DNA of 64,000 bases, taken from the NCBI GenBank assembly GCA_963575745.1, contig CAUYUJ010000220.1, forward strand, positions 1-64,000. The letters are read 5' to 3'. Position 1 is the stretch's first letter, and each line of letters starts with the position of its first letter. The stretch comes from Prorocentrum cordatum. Lineage: Eukaryota. The translations under genes were made by a program, and so were the position numbers. The notes beneath the pieces are model-generated. The model saw only the letters and a list, made by a program, of their open reading frames with translations. It was not told where the DNA came from and searched no databases. Below are positions 51,034-63,808 of the stretch, piece by piece.

Positions 51034-51209
51034 CAGTCGGGGCCCTGAAGAATGAACCCTTTTGGTTGGGGAGGGGCTCCGCGTTCCTTGACAGTTTCGC
51101 AGCTTGCCTTGGGTTTTCCCTAGGCTTTCGATGTGAAATCGAAGTCTAACTTATGGAGAATAGGGGCCTCGTTCCTTATTCAGGGTTCCTTAGGTCAACG
51201 CCCCGACTG
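51034..51209 (-). mobile_element. MITE family A, reverse orientation
   Basis: TA-flanked with the same TIR. Confidence 0.9.
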
Positions 51210-51431
51210 TATGAACCCCAGCTGGCGCTCCAGAGATTAGACCTGCAGGGGTGGAGTTCACACGGGGCTGCCAGACACCCACACCGATCCGGGACCCGGG
51301 ATCGGCCCGGCCGAGGTGGGTGCAGATGTTGTTGGCGTCCTCCGCAGGTCTGTGTGGTGTATTGGCTGGTGAAGGGCGAGTCCCACAAGGCGCTTCCCTC
51401 CTCCATGGGCTCGGCATCGCGCTACACCACT
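51210..51431 (+). repeat. Inverted near-identical copy of 46339-46560 (part of TPT intron 3 plus most of exon 4)
   Basis: ORF translations are identical apart from about one substitution (ANNT vs ANNI). Confidence 0.9.
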
Positions 51432-51624
51432 GTCAACGCCCCGACTGTATAGGCGAGCCAGACGCTTCGCCGCTGCTTGATCCCTGCCCCTCGAGAAGTA
51501 TGCCTCTACCAGTTGGAGCTCCGCGCGGGCCTCTTCATGGGGTCGGCGACTGGCTCCCGCGGCGTGCCCCCCCCCCCCCTCGGGGTCTCTCGGCGCCTTC
51601 CCCCGGGGGTGGGGGGGGGGCTGG

Positions 51625-51960
51625 CCTCTCCCTCCTCCTCCTCCTCCTCCTACTCCTCCTCCTCCTCCTCCTCCTCCTCCTCCTCTCCTCCTCCTCCTCT
51701 GCCTCCTCCTCCTCCTCCCCATTCCTCCCTCCTCCTCTCCTCCTCCTCCTCCTCCTCTCCTCCTCCTCCTCCTCCTCCTCCTCCTCCCCATTCCTCCTCC
51801 CCCCTCCCCATTCCTCCTCCCTCCTCCCCATCCTCCTCCTCCTCCTCCTCTCTTCCTCCTCTCCTCCTCCTCCCTCCTGCTCCTCCTCCTTCTCCTCCTC
51901 CTCCTCCTCCTCTTCCTCCTCCTCCTCCTCCCTCCTGCTCCTCCTCCTTCTCCTCTCCCG
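51625..51960. repeat. (TCC)n low-complexity tract
   Basis: Direct reading; a further tract lies at ~52715-52925. Confidence 0.9.
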
Positions 51961-52821
51961 AGACCCCTCGCCGACAGCCCCAGGCCGGCCCCCGCTACGA
52001 CGAAGCCAGGACGAGGATAACATGGGGTGGGGATGAATCGAGAATCTCTGCTCGATGCCCAGGGGGCTGGCTTCTCATCCCGAGGCGCCTCGCTGACGGC
52101 TCCTTTGCAATCCAAATGTTTTCGGTGTTTGAGAATGGTGTTCCCGATGCAGCGTGGGCCTCATTTTCGGAGCGGCGCGTGGCTCCCGTCGCTCAGCATG
52201 GCGCTCTCGCTCCAGCGAGGGCCGCTTTCCTGGATCCGAGTCTTGGTCATTGTGATCCCCCCGTCGTTTCTCCTCCTCCTGCTCCGCCGTCCCCTGGTCC
52301 AGTTCCTCCCGCCCCTTCCACTCAAGTTCCTGCTGCTGTTCGTCTCGCCACAGCCAGTGCCACTATTCTGAAGACGAATGTTTCCTCATCGTTACCCTCC
52401 CCATTTCCCTCCTCCGCCTTCCCCTGGCCCTCCTTTCCCTCGCGATCCTTCCGTTGTAGTTCCTGCTGCTACTGCTGTTCGTCCTCATCCTTTCCTTCCG
52501 CTCATCCCCCCCTCGCCCCTCGCCCCTCGCCCCCCCCCCTTGCCCCCCCCCGTCCTCACGCCCCCTCCCCCGGAGCCACTGCGGCGGCGGCTCGTGCGGG
52601 GCGCCAGGCCGCGAGCCCGCCCACTCGAAGGGGGGCTGCCCGGGCGGCGGCGGCGGCCCTGGCGCACGCTGGCGCGCGCGCGCTGGTGTCCCCCCCCCAT
52701 CACGGGCTGCCGATGCCTCCTCCTTCCTCCTCCTCCTGCTCATCCTCATGCTCCTCCTCCTGCTGCTCCTCCTCCTCCTCCTCCTCCACCTGTGTCCTCG
52801 TCCTCGTCCTAGTCCTCCTCC

Positions 52822-52853
<32 letters not shown>

Positions 52854-53139
52854 CTTCTCTTCCTCCTCCTTCTCCTTCTCCTCCTCCTCCTCCTCCTCCT
52901 CCTCCTCCTACTCCTCCTCCCTCTTTTCTGACGTTGGCCAGACATGAAGCTGAGCCTGTTTTCTATGGCAAACCAATCCCCAACTTAAGCGAAGCAGCGA
53001 ACGAATTGACCCGCAGACGGGTGCGGAAACGTCAGCGCAACGAGAACAAATCCGCCGACCCTGTCGGCGTGTGTGAGGGGCTTTTCCGTTCGAGCCGTCA
53101 TCTCCGTCATTCTTTGTACTCGTCGTCTCTGTCCTTCCC

Positions 53140-54290
53140 TTTCCCTGGGAGACCTCTTCCCCTGGGCTCCAGCCAAGCCGACCTTGAGCAACCTCGTAAT
53201 TGAGTCGAAGGGAAGCCCCTTCCCTTTGATCCCTCCCCCGCCGGGAGGGGGGGGGGGGTAGCGACCCCCCCCCCGGGTCAGATACGACGCCCCCCCCTGG
53301 GACTCCTCTTCCCCTGGGCTCCAGCCAAGCCGACCTTGAGCAACCTCGTAATTGAGTCGAAGGGAAGCCCCTTCCCTTTGATCCCTCCCCCGCCGGGAGG
53401 GGGGGGGGGTATCGACCCCCCCCCCGGGTCAGATACGACGCCCCCCCCCCGTACCGACCTTGAGCAACGTCGTAATTCAGTCGAAGGGAAGCCCCTTCCC
53501 TTTGATCCCTCCCCCGCCGGGAGGGGGGGGGGGTATCGACCCCCCCCCCGGGTCAGATACGACGCCCCCCCCCGTACCGACCTTGAGCAACGTCGTAATT
53601 CAGTCGAAGGGAAGCCCCTTCCCTTTCCCTTCCCCGCCGGGGGGGGGGGGGGTATCGACCCCCCCCCCGGGTCAGATACGACGCCCCCCCCCCGTACCGA
53701 CCTTGAGCAACGTCGTAATTCAGTCGAAGGGAAGCCCCTTCCCTTTGATCCCTTCCCCGCCGGGAGGGGGGGGGGGGTATCGACCCCCCCCCCGGGTCAG
53801 ATACGACGCCCCCCCCCCGTACCGACCTTGAGCAACGTCGTAATTGAGTCGAAGGGAAGCCCCTTCCCTTTGATCCCTTCCCCGCCGGGAGGGGGGGGGG
53901 GTATCGACCCCCCCCGGGGATACGACGGCCCCCCCCCGACCTTGAGCAACGTCGTAATTCAGTCGAAGGGAAGCCCCTTCCCTTTGATCCCCCCCCCGCC
54001 GGGAGGGGGGGGAGGGGTAGCGACCCCCCCCCCGGGTCAGATACGACGCCCCCCCCTGGGACTCCTCTTCCCCTGGGCTCCAGCCAAGCCGACCTTGAGC
54101 AACCTCGTAATTGAGTCGAAGGGAAGCCCCTTCCCTTTCATTCCTCCCCCGCCGGGAGGGGGGGGGGGTAGCGGGGGGGGTAGCGACCCCCCCCCGAGTC
54201 AGATACGACGCCCCCCCCCCGTACCGACCTTGAGCAACGTCGTCATTGAGTCGAAGGGAAGCCCCTTCCCTTTCCCTTCCCCGACGGGGG
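53140..54290. repeat. ~120-bp tandem satellite, about 9 copies
   Basis: Unit ccgaccttgagcaacgtcgtaattcagtcgaagggaagccccttccctttgatccc...gggggtatcgacccccc...gggtcagatacgacgcccc. Confidence 0.95.
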
Positions 54291-57200
54291 GGGGAGAGGA
54301 GGTCCCGGGGGGGGTCCCGGGGGAGTCCCGGGGAAGTCCCGGGTCAGATACGACACCTCCCTCCCCCACCTTCTCGTCCTTCTCCCCGTTCCCCCAAACC
54401 ATCCCACAGCCCGTGCCTCTTGCTGCGCATTGCGAACAGGGTCGGCGGCACCGGCCGTCAGGCCTTCGCAATAAATAATGGTTGCCCACAAGGGCGAGGG
54501 TAACCCAGTCCGTGGCGAAACCATATAACCTTAGCTACCGTACGGTAAACCAAAAGAATGTAGTTGAGGATGATGCATTCACATTGGGCGGCGCCATGAC
54601 GAGATCGTGGACGCTGCCGCTGGAGTCCTCCCCCCTCCACCCACTCATCAGAGCCCACTGCCCGTCCCCTCTCTGCCGAGCTGGCTAGCAAGGTCGCGTA
54701 AAAGATGGCAGACAGGCGACGTCATATGCAAGTGCCAGGTACTTTGAAACCAGAGGTGGTGGGACAAAAACGCAGTGTTAAGTAAACCAGAGGTACGTAG
54801 GCGGCGGGGAAGAACGGCAGTGAGGAGTCCTGCTGAATGGCGTGGCCGCGCTCTGTTGTACAAGGGTGTGGTAGTTGCTGGGCGCCCTCCCATCCGACCT
54901 CCACGTCATGATACCTCCAAGCAACTCACTACCCGTCCAGCTTTCAAGCCGTGATTGCTATTACATTGCGTAAGAGATAGCAAACGGGCGACGGCAGCAA
55001 TTGAGGGTGCGTGCGGATGTCTGAGATGGTCAAGAAAACGCCATGTGAGTTAATGCTGCAGTACGGCAAGTTGTGGGGCCGCACCTTGATGTCCAGGGGG
55101 GCCTGAAAGATGGCGGCCGAGGCTACGCTGACATGAACTGTGGAAGCGCATGCAAGTTGTAGAAAGGTCTGCAGCAGCGTATGTATTACACTGTAACTGA
55201 CAGGCTGGCCAGGTCGGTACTGCCTGAACTAGTAAGAGCAGCATTTGAAATGTCCCTCTGGCCTTGTCAGGCCTCCCGCTAGCCAGCTGTCGGCCCGCTA
55301 TTCGGCTCCTCGGTGGAGGGATACACCTTCACCGTATGACAACCAGTGGGGATGAGGGAGGTAGAGGTTGGGATGAGGTGCTTTAGTGCGAGCGTGCTGT
55401 ATGTGCTGACGTGGCTGAACGCACTGAGAGTACTGGTAAGCTGGCCAGGCGGTACTGGCTGGCCTTGGCGGTGTGAGTTCAACTTGATCGGATGTGTAAT
55501 GCATGCGGGGGCCGCGGTAAAGACGGCTGCTAACGGTCTGGGCGGTGGGGGCCTGACATGCAACAATGCACTGAATGCTGAGCCCATCGTGATATAGGCT
55601 TGCATGTGCTGGCATGGCTGAGTAGCACAATGGATACCAGTAGGCTGGTCAGGCGGTACAGGCTGGCCTTGCCAGTGCCGGTAACATGGAACATAATAAC
55701 ATAATAGATGGAGTATACGTGCGAGTACTGCGAAAACAGATGCTGCATATCCAAGCCAGAAGGGAGGTGAAAGGACAGCTCACGAGGCTGATGGTGGAGG
55801 GATGCCTAGAGGGGTGCGTGCAGAGGCCTGCACAGTCATTGCTAGCTGACCTGCTGGTAAGGCCGTAAAGAGGAAAGAAACACGTGGCAGTTCTGGGGCT
55901 GCTACCCGTATTTTCCTCCAGCCCTCCCTCCATCCCTCCCTCACTTTTCCTGCGCCTCCTCCTCCTCCTCCTCCTGCTGCTGCTCCCTCCCTCCCTCACT
56001 GAGTACCTCCTCCGTCCCTCCTCCGTGCCTCCCCTCCGCCCCCTTTTCGGCTTTTGCCCTGTTTGTCCTCCCCTTCGGGGGCTGCTGGCACTGGCCGTGG
56101 CCCGAGGTGCCCCCAGCCTGGAGCGCCATCCCGACGCCGCCCCTCTGGGCCTCTGGGGAGGTGCACTGCGGTCCCGCGGAGCTTCTTGGAGATCCTGGGG
56201 CACCTTGCAGTCAACCCGCGTGGCAAGGACGGGCAACCTTCCCAAGGGAACCCTTGCATCCTTGCCCCTTCGGCCCGTCCTCAGCGACGCTCGCTGGCCA
56301 GCCTCGTTCGAAAAACGTTCGCATGGGCCTCCCAGGCCCTTGCACCCTTACCGCGCATCCTTATGATACGGGTTGACTGTGGTCCAGGGGCACCTCTGGC
56401 ACTGCACGGCCCTCCCCTGCCAGGTGCCCCCCCGACTGATGGGTTGGCGGCCACGGCGTCGAACTGCGGTCGGAGCGCGTGATGGGGATGCGCGGCGAGG
56501 ATGCGAGTCCCCCTTGAGCGCCCGAGTGAGGCTTGTCTGGCTCGAGTCTAAAGATGAGTCTGCGAGGCAAGCGTGCAGGGGCCCACATGACCAATGGAAT
56601 GCTACTCATCCGCCACCGTGCCCTTCGGCACGGAGTGGGCGTGCCCTTAGGTCCTTTGCCTAATCCTCTGAGCCTCAACCTCGCTCTTGGGGGCTGTCAA
56701 CGGGCCCAGACCCCGATTTGCCAGATCTGCTTGGGCCTGCCTCGTGCCCCCCGGGCCATGGCCTGGCTCTCCACGTGACTCCTGCTCGGAGCCAGAAGGG
56801 CCCCCAGAAGGGCCACGAGGGCCGCCGCAAAAGGCCTACCAGACGGCCCAAGAGGGCCCCTCGCCCCAAGACGATCTATATGCCCAAACACACGCAAGAG
56901 TGACCCTGGGTAAGAGTGACCTTTGGTGCGCGGCTTTTGGGGGGCCGCTGTGGACCAAACACAAGGAGCGCAAGACGCTACTACCGCACCGTGTTCGGCG
57001 ACCGGGGACCCCGGTGGGCTTGCACAAGTCACGCCGGCGAAGGGTCACTCTTACGTGAAGCCGAGGAATGATAGATGCTCATATTTGCCATGCGCGTTGA
57101 CTGTATTACGTGCAGTCGCACGGTGGGCCGGCGTGTGCTTGTCGTCGGATTGCGAGAGACCGTCCGCGCTGCCGAGGCCCAGCGCAGGGCGGGAGGAGGC

Positions 57201-58341
57201 CGGGGCTCCTACCTTGAAGAGCCCAGGGGCACACAAACAAATGGACACAAGTCACAGGATTCTCGATTGTTCGTTATCATGTTTCATGTGTCGTCCCCTC
57301 CACTTTCCATGTTTGCTATACGTTCATGGCAATCGACGTGGGTGTGCATATATATATATATATATATACTATGCACTTATATACACACGCATTGATTCTC
57401 TGACCGTCGCCGTACTAATCCAGGGGAACCAAGAGGCTTGCAGGGTGCTTATCGGAAGCAGTTTTGACCCCTCTTGGGGGCTGCTTTGGCATCTCTTGGG
57501 GCCTTTTTTGGGCCTCTTGGGGAGCTGGGGCCTGTTAGGGACCTCTGCGGAGGTCCTTGGTGCCACTCGGGGGCCGTTCTGGGGTCCGCTTGGGCCGTCT
57601 TGGGCGCATCTTGGGCCGCCTTGGGGCCCTCTTGGGCCGTAGCCGGAGCCTCTTGAGTGCCTCTTGGGCCGTCTTGGGGCGATCTGGGGGGCGTCTTGGA
57701 CCGTCTTGGAGCGTCGGGAGGGCGAGAAGTTGGCGATGTTGGCCTCTTGTGGCTCCCTTGGGGGGCTTCTGGGGGCATCCTGTGGCGAACAGGGGGCCTC
57801 CTCCGCCTCCTTCACCTCCTCCTCCTTCCGCCCCCTGGGCGCTCCAGGGTGGCACGAAGCGGGCCCCACAGGGGCCCTAAACGAGCCCCCTATAGGGCCC
57901 CGAAGGGGCACGAAAGGTGCACCTTTCTCCCCACCCCCCCCCCAGCTTCGGGGGGGCGTGAGACCCGGGTACAGGGGACTCGGAAATCCCCGACGAGGTC
58001 GTCAAAAAAATGACGAGGCCGAGCCTGCGTTTTGACGAGGCCTCCCGCTGCAGACATCCCAGGAAACTCCTGCTCGTCAACATCCGAATCGCGGTCGTCA
58101 ACAAAAAGATGGCGAACCCGAGTCCTGGCAAACCCGGGTCTTACGCTCCCCCGACAGCTATCGCCCCCCAAGTAGCGAACGCCCGCGCGTAGCGGGGGGG
58201 GGGGGGGGGGGCAGGGCGCCCGGCGGCTGCGAGGCCGCGGCGGGCGCGGAGGCGCCGGGCGCGGCGCCGCCAGAGGAGCCGCCGTGCCTGCGCGGGGCCG
58301 CGGCGGGGCGCGGCCCCCGGCGGCGTCCCAGAAGCGGACTA

Positions 58342-58517
58342 CCGTCGGGGCGCTGACCTAAGGAGCCTTACATAAGGAACGAGGCCCCTTTTTTCCACAA
58401 GTGAACCTTCGATTTCCGGTCGAAAACATGAGGAGAGCCCGAGGCAAGCTGTGAAACACTTCAGGAACGCGGAGCCCCTCCCCAACGAAAAGGGTTCCTT
58501 CTTCAGGGCCCCGACTG
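58342..58517 (+). mobile_element. MITE family A
   Basis: TA|CCGTCGGGGC...GCCCCGACTG|TA. Confidence 0.85.
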
Positions 58518-60292
58518 TACGATGGCGACAACGACAACGACGACGGCGACGACGACGGCGACGACGGCGACGGCGGCGACGACGGCGGCGGCGCCAACGG
58601 CAACAACGCGACGGCGACGACGCCGAGGCCCATGCATAGTGTCTTCACCATGGAGACGGCGACCCCGCTGTGCGCCATTTCGGCACGCCATTTACACGCT
58701 TCGTGGCCCCATAAGGAGATCCACCGAAGGCGATGCCCACAACGGCGATTTTCACAACAGCGATAGCGCCCGTGACCTGTCCGCCTCCCGCCTTCCCCCT
58801 CAAGCACTCCAAGGCGGCGCCAGCGCGAATCGTGACGTGACTGGCCCTCCCGCCCTAACCGTCCCCTCCTGGTCACGCTCGTTATCGGCAGGGGATGCAC
58901 AAAAACCGGCCAGGCAAAAACAATCCTCGCCCCCCGCTCAATTCTCGAGGAAGGAAGGGCAGCGGATCAAATTGAAAAATCGGCCCCGGTGATGGAGCCT
59001 TGCCCTCTTAGGGTCCACGACTTGAGAAAACAAAATGAGCGACGTCGAATCTCTGGGGAGAGGGGGACGAGGCGAGAACGAGGAGGATTGTAGTGTAGCG
59101 CGGATCCTCGTAAGGTAGGCATATCCCTGTATGTGTCAAGTGGGGCGTTTGAGCTCACTCATCCTATTACGTCAGTCTTGGTGAAGATCGGGAAGTCCCC
59201 ACTTGCATTGAATGATTACAACGTGCCGTGTGACGCATTCGAAGACTGATGGTTCGTATGCGCCAACCATTTGTCTCATGGCAGCCACCTCTGCCAGTTC
59301 AGACTTAGTACAGGCTGGTGACAACTTGTGTAAGTCACCTGCGCAAAAAAAGAAACGAACAAGCATACGCATTGTTGTTCGCAGCGCTGGCGGACGCGAA
59401 CGCGACTGCAGAGCCAATCATGCATTCAATTTTTTGCGTCGGCGGCTGGGCAGTGTAACTGCGCTGGCGGAGGGCCAACTAAACGGGGGTACCGTTGTAG
59501 CGAATTGTGCCACCGTGTAGGAGGGGAGGGAAAAGCAAAGGAAGCGGCCGAAAGGGGGCGGAAGGAGCGAGCCGCTCAGGGGGACGGGTTACGCAAACAT
59601 GCATACACACGAGGAGGAGCAGCAGCTGCAGATGGGGAAGGGGGCTATGGCCGTCTCGCCTGTGCTTGCCGCGCCGGTGGTGTCGCGACCGGCTGCGCCG
59701 CCGCTGGTCGCCAGAGGCGCTCGCCATGGCCGAGGCCTCGGCGGCGCCGTCGTCGCCGTGGCTGTCACCGCCGTCGACGACGTAAGCGTTCTGGATGATT
59801 TTGGTCGTTTGTGACATGCTCATGGCAGCGGCTCGGGCGGATCGGGATGGCCTGGGTGGGCCCCGAGAGGAGTCCGAGGACCGGCGTGGAGCGGATTCAA
59901 GCGGGGGCATTGGTGCCTCGTCGTGGTCGCAGCGTGCTCGGTGTTCGAGGCGCGATCGATGTAGGATCGAGGCTTTGGGCCCTTTTTCGGGTAGCGGATC
60001 GACTACAGAAGTGATGTACCCAAGATTTGATTTGTTCATCGAACCCATGAAAAAATACAGCACTGTTTCTGTAGACCCGACGAGAAAACTAATTCTGGGG
60101 TAAGTCAATTCTGTAGTCTGTCGTCGATCCCCTCCTACTCTACTTTTGGGCTGCTTTCTGAGCTGGAAGGGCTTCTGGAGGGTGGCGGCGACGTCGTGGG
60201 CCGCTGTGGCCAGCATTGTCCTCGCTGTTGTCGGGCGCGTCGATCGTCGCCGCTGTCGCTGTCATCACGAAAAAGAAATCTTAGATTAGAGG

Positions 60293-60494
60293 CCTCCCAG
60301 ATGGGGTCAGACTAGATGGGGTCGAAGGATCGCGCCGCATCGCCAATGCATCGCCGATGCATCGGCGATGCATCGGCGATGCATCGGCGACGTCGGCCTG
60401 GGGAACCACGGTCTGCACTTCGAGCCGCATCGTCGATGCATTGGCGATGCGGCGCGATCCTCCGATCCCATCTACTGGGACCGCACCTAGGAGG
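60293..60494. mobile_element. MITE family B
   Basis: cctcccagatggggtc...ccgcacctaggagg with the cgatgcatcgg core. Confidence 0.8.
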
Positions 60495-61095
60495 CCTCGA
60501 TAGATACGCCCGGACTTTCTCTCGTTTTGGCCCCTGGAGGCCCCCTGGGCCACAAAAGAAACGGACCGAGGTGAAAAACAGGTCCCTTGGACGCTGGGAT
60601 GGGGTCGAGTGGTCTGGAGTCTGGGGGCCCCTGTACGGAAGTGTCGTGACGTCGGATGTCCTGGGCTGTGCGAGATGCCCAGCTCGCACATCGCAAACGG
60701 GGTCACTGACATCACCACCCACACTCCAGATGCCCAATTCGACGCGCAGGCGTTACTCTCATACTTTCCCTTGATCCAGCGCCAGCACTGCTTCGTGCCC
60801 TGGGCCCCCGTGCCTCCCGCCACCTTCCTCCGCGGCCTGGGGAAACCACCGATACCGCCACTCCCCCGATCTCTCCCGGGGTGCGTTCTGACCAGGATTT
60901 CGAGCCGAATCCAGCGGCAACAAAGGGGAACACAGGCGAAGGGTAGCGGTATGGGTACCTTTTCCTCGTCTGATGTTCATCCTGAAGTGTTCCCAAGCCG
61001 ATCAATTTGGGCTGGCTTTTTGCGAAACAGACAACTGCCTCGCCAAAGCCGCCTATCGCGCGGCCGCCAGGCCCCAATGGTCCGGGTGGTCCCTG

Positions 61096-61176
61096 GGAGG
61101 AGGAGGAGGAGGAGGAGGAGGAGGAGGAGGAGGAGGAGGAGGAGGAGGAGGAGGAGGAGGAGGAGGAGGAGGAGGA

Positions 61177-61207
<31 letters not shown>

Positions 61208-61320
61208 GAGGAGGAGGAGGAGGGGGGGGGGGAGGAGGAGGAGGAGGAGGACGAGGAGGAGGAGGAGGAGGAGGAGGAGGGGGAGGAGGAGGAGGAGGAG
61301 GAGGAGAAGGAGGAGGAGGC
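61096..61320. repeat. (GGA)n microsatellite
   Basis: Direct reading. Confidence 0.95.
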
Positions 61321-62545
61321 GGCCCGCCCGGCAAACCGCGGCCGCCAGGCCCCAAGGATCCCAGAGAGACCGATGACGGCACAACGAACGAGCAGCCCCA
61401 CCAGGGAGGCATCACGGCCTCACGCCGCCCGGGCGCCACGACGTCACGCCGCCCACGGATGTCCAGAACAGACATCTACAGCACACGCGAAGGCTGTGCA
61501 TCAAGGGCATGCGTTGGAAGCGCGCATGTATACACTAATTCCTGTACGCGCAACACAACCACTCAACCATGCCACACGCTAAGGACATGCACCAGTAACG
61601 GGCACCGATAACGTTCATCAGTCGCATACGCCAGGAACAAGTTGCAATACCATGCGTTGATACAAAATACGTACATCAACATCTCGCACCAGCAAAAAAC
61701 ACTGGACACAATAAGCCCCAACAGACATCAAGAGCAAACAACATGACCTGCATCACCCGCGGACAGCAACAACCGAGACCAACACCATACGCCCACACCA
61801 GACCTTCCTAGTATGCACCGGACGCATACATCAAGGCCTGAAACCATGAGCAACAGTAAAGAACAAGCACGTAAGCCCCAAACCACACACAGACATGAAC
61901 ACCACAAATCAATTACACGGGTCAAGAGAAGACACCAACATGATACACCGACTACAGTCATCATTCACACGCCAAGAACGGGCATTAGGAATATAGATCA
62001 ACTGCAGCCCCCAATAGTATACACCAGTACCTGATATACGGTACAAGCAGGCACCCAGAACGGACATCAACCATACACACTGAAGCATGCAACGATGTCA
62101 GACACCAGGAACAGTGATGGAGAGCGGACGCGAAGAACAGAAATCAAGGCAAGCAATCCAGAACAGGAATCAATACTAGACATCAAATATAGACACTAAG
62201 AACACACATGGACATTACTAAGACTCATGTATTGGCGCAGATCGCTCCAAACAGAACGGCTGCTGCGGCCCCAGAAGAAAAAAAAAACAGCAGGCACGAT
62301 TTTGCAAGGACATCGGGTCTGAGGACGCCAAGATACTACTCCCACGTTAATATTCCTCAGCCAGTGTTTACACTGGAGGGGTCCTAGCGGACAAAAAAAA
62401 AAAATGGCGAACGTAGCGGGCGGATTCTGGTGGGCGACTATCGGTGGGCGGCTTTCGGTGGGAAGCGCCACATCAGCAGATTGGCGAAAGTAGCCAGTCG
62501 ATTTCGGTGGGCGGCTCTCGGTGGGCGGCTGTCGGTAGGCGCCCC

Positions 62546-62577
<32 letters not shown>

Positions 62578-63756
62578 GTTGCTGATGCTTATGTTTGTTC
62601 TGGGCCTTTGTGGGGACGCGTTGTGGCCCTCTTGAGTCGTCGTCGAGGGTACCTCCAGAAGCCCGCCTGCGTCATCGTGGGCCCCTCGTGCGCCGTCCTG
62701 GGGCAATACTGGAACCCCCCTAGGCCTTCTTGAGCCAACGGATGCCCGAAAGGGCGAGCATGTCACAGCCCTTCCGACATGCAAGGGCAATCATTGAGTC
62801 AACCTGTTGGGGCCCTCTTGCGAAACTTCGGCGAGGCCTGGCGCTTGCAAGCCTTGCGGAACATCTGATTGGAGTGTTGTCCCGGTGTAATCGTAATTGC
62901 ATTTTTCTTCCGCCCTGCTTTCGTCCTGGGCAATCATCCTCATCCGACTGCGATGATCCGAACGCCCAGCTATTCTACCCGCACAACTCCTACCTATTAC
63001 ACGTACTTGTTATGATCTGCGTGCACTCTGATAAGGTGGGGCAATAACGTGTACCGCCACGGTGCATGCACAGGATCGGTAACACATATAGTGGTTGTGT
63101 GTTTCGCTTGTCATGGAAGAACAGGTCCTCGAACATACCAACAACAAGTATGATACATTGTCGTTGTGGAAATCGCACTGGCAGTCGTACAGGTATGATA
63201 GGGCGGAGGAGAAGCATTGGTATCGATACAAGTCCACGTATAGACGTACATACCATGCATGCTCGCACGTAGAAGCAGAAACAGTACTGACAGCACTGCA
63301 TGGTGCAGCGGACGAGAATCTAACGTAGGAGTGTGAATCAGGCATGGCGGCACTTGTGATGGTGGCAGTTGACAGCCAATTGTATACGTTGAAATGTTGG
63401 GAAGAAGAGCGCATTCAATTGCACTAACGCTTGCACACGCATTCGATATGCCAGTCGGCATCCGCCGCCGCTCCAGCGGCACTGTTGGCTGTCTGGTAGG
63501 GCGTCTGCAGTTTTCCAGCCCCCCGCCTCGGAGAACGCGCGACCTCCGAAAATCGCGCCCCTTCCCCCTCCAAGCGACTTCCGGGCGACCTTGCGAAAGC
63601 ACAAGGCTGCCCCAAAACGACAGAAAGACGTCGCACATCCAAAGATGGTCAGACCAGCTCCCGAAGGCTCGAAGATCGCCCCAGCATGCCCCGTGAGGCC
63701 CAAAGGAGTTGCAAGGAGATGCCCATCGGAAACATACACATATACCTATATAGCTA

Positions 63757-63796
<40 letters not shown>

Positions 63797-63808
63797 TATA
63801 GATATAGA
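63757..63808. repeat. (TA)n microsatellite
   Basis: Direct reading; another lies at ~57347-57370. Confidence 0.95.

Noticed and set aside
51477..52931. 484-aa ORF as a gene
   Set aside because: It is mostly translated (TCC)n; only short segments might be exons.
53140..54290. CRISPR array
   Set aside because: The sequence between the conserved blocks is itself repeated (no unique spacers), and no cas genes are present.
53336..54478. 380-aa Pro/Gly ORF
   Set aside because: It is translated satellite, shifting frame at homopolymer runs.
57990..60216. Possible exons at 58010-58192 (+), 59172-59417 (-) and 59770-60130 (-)
   Set aside because: The peptides are plausible but I could not build a consistent gene model or assign a family.
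62729..62738. Additional SL relic (TTGGCTCAAG on minus; similar GGCTCAAG at ~49208)
   Set aside because: Only 8-10 nt match and there is no supported gene downstream.
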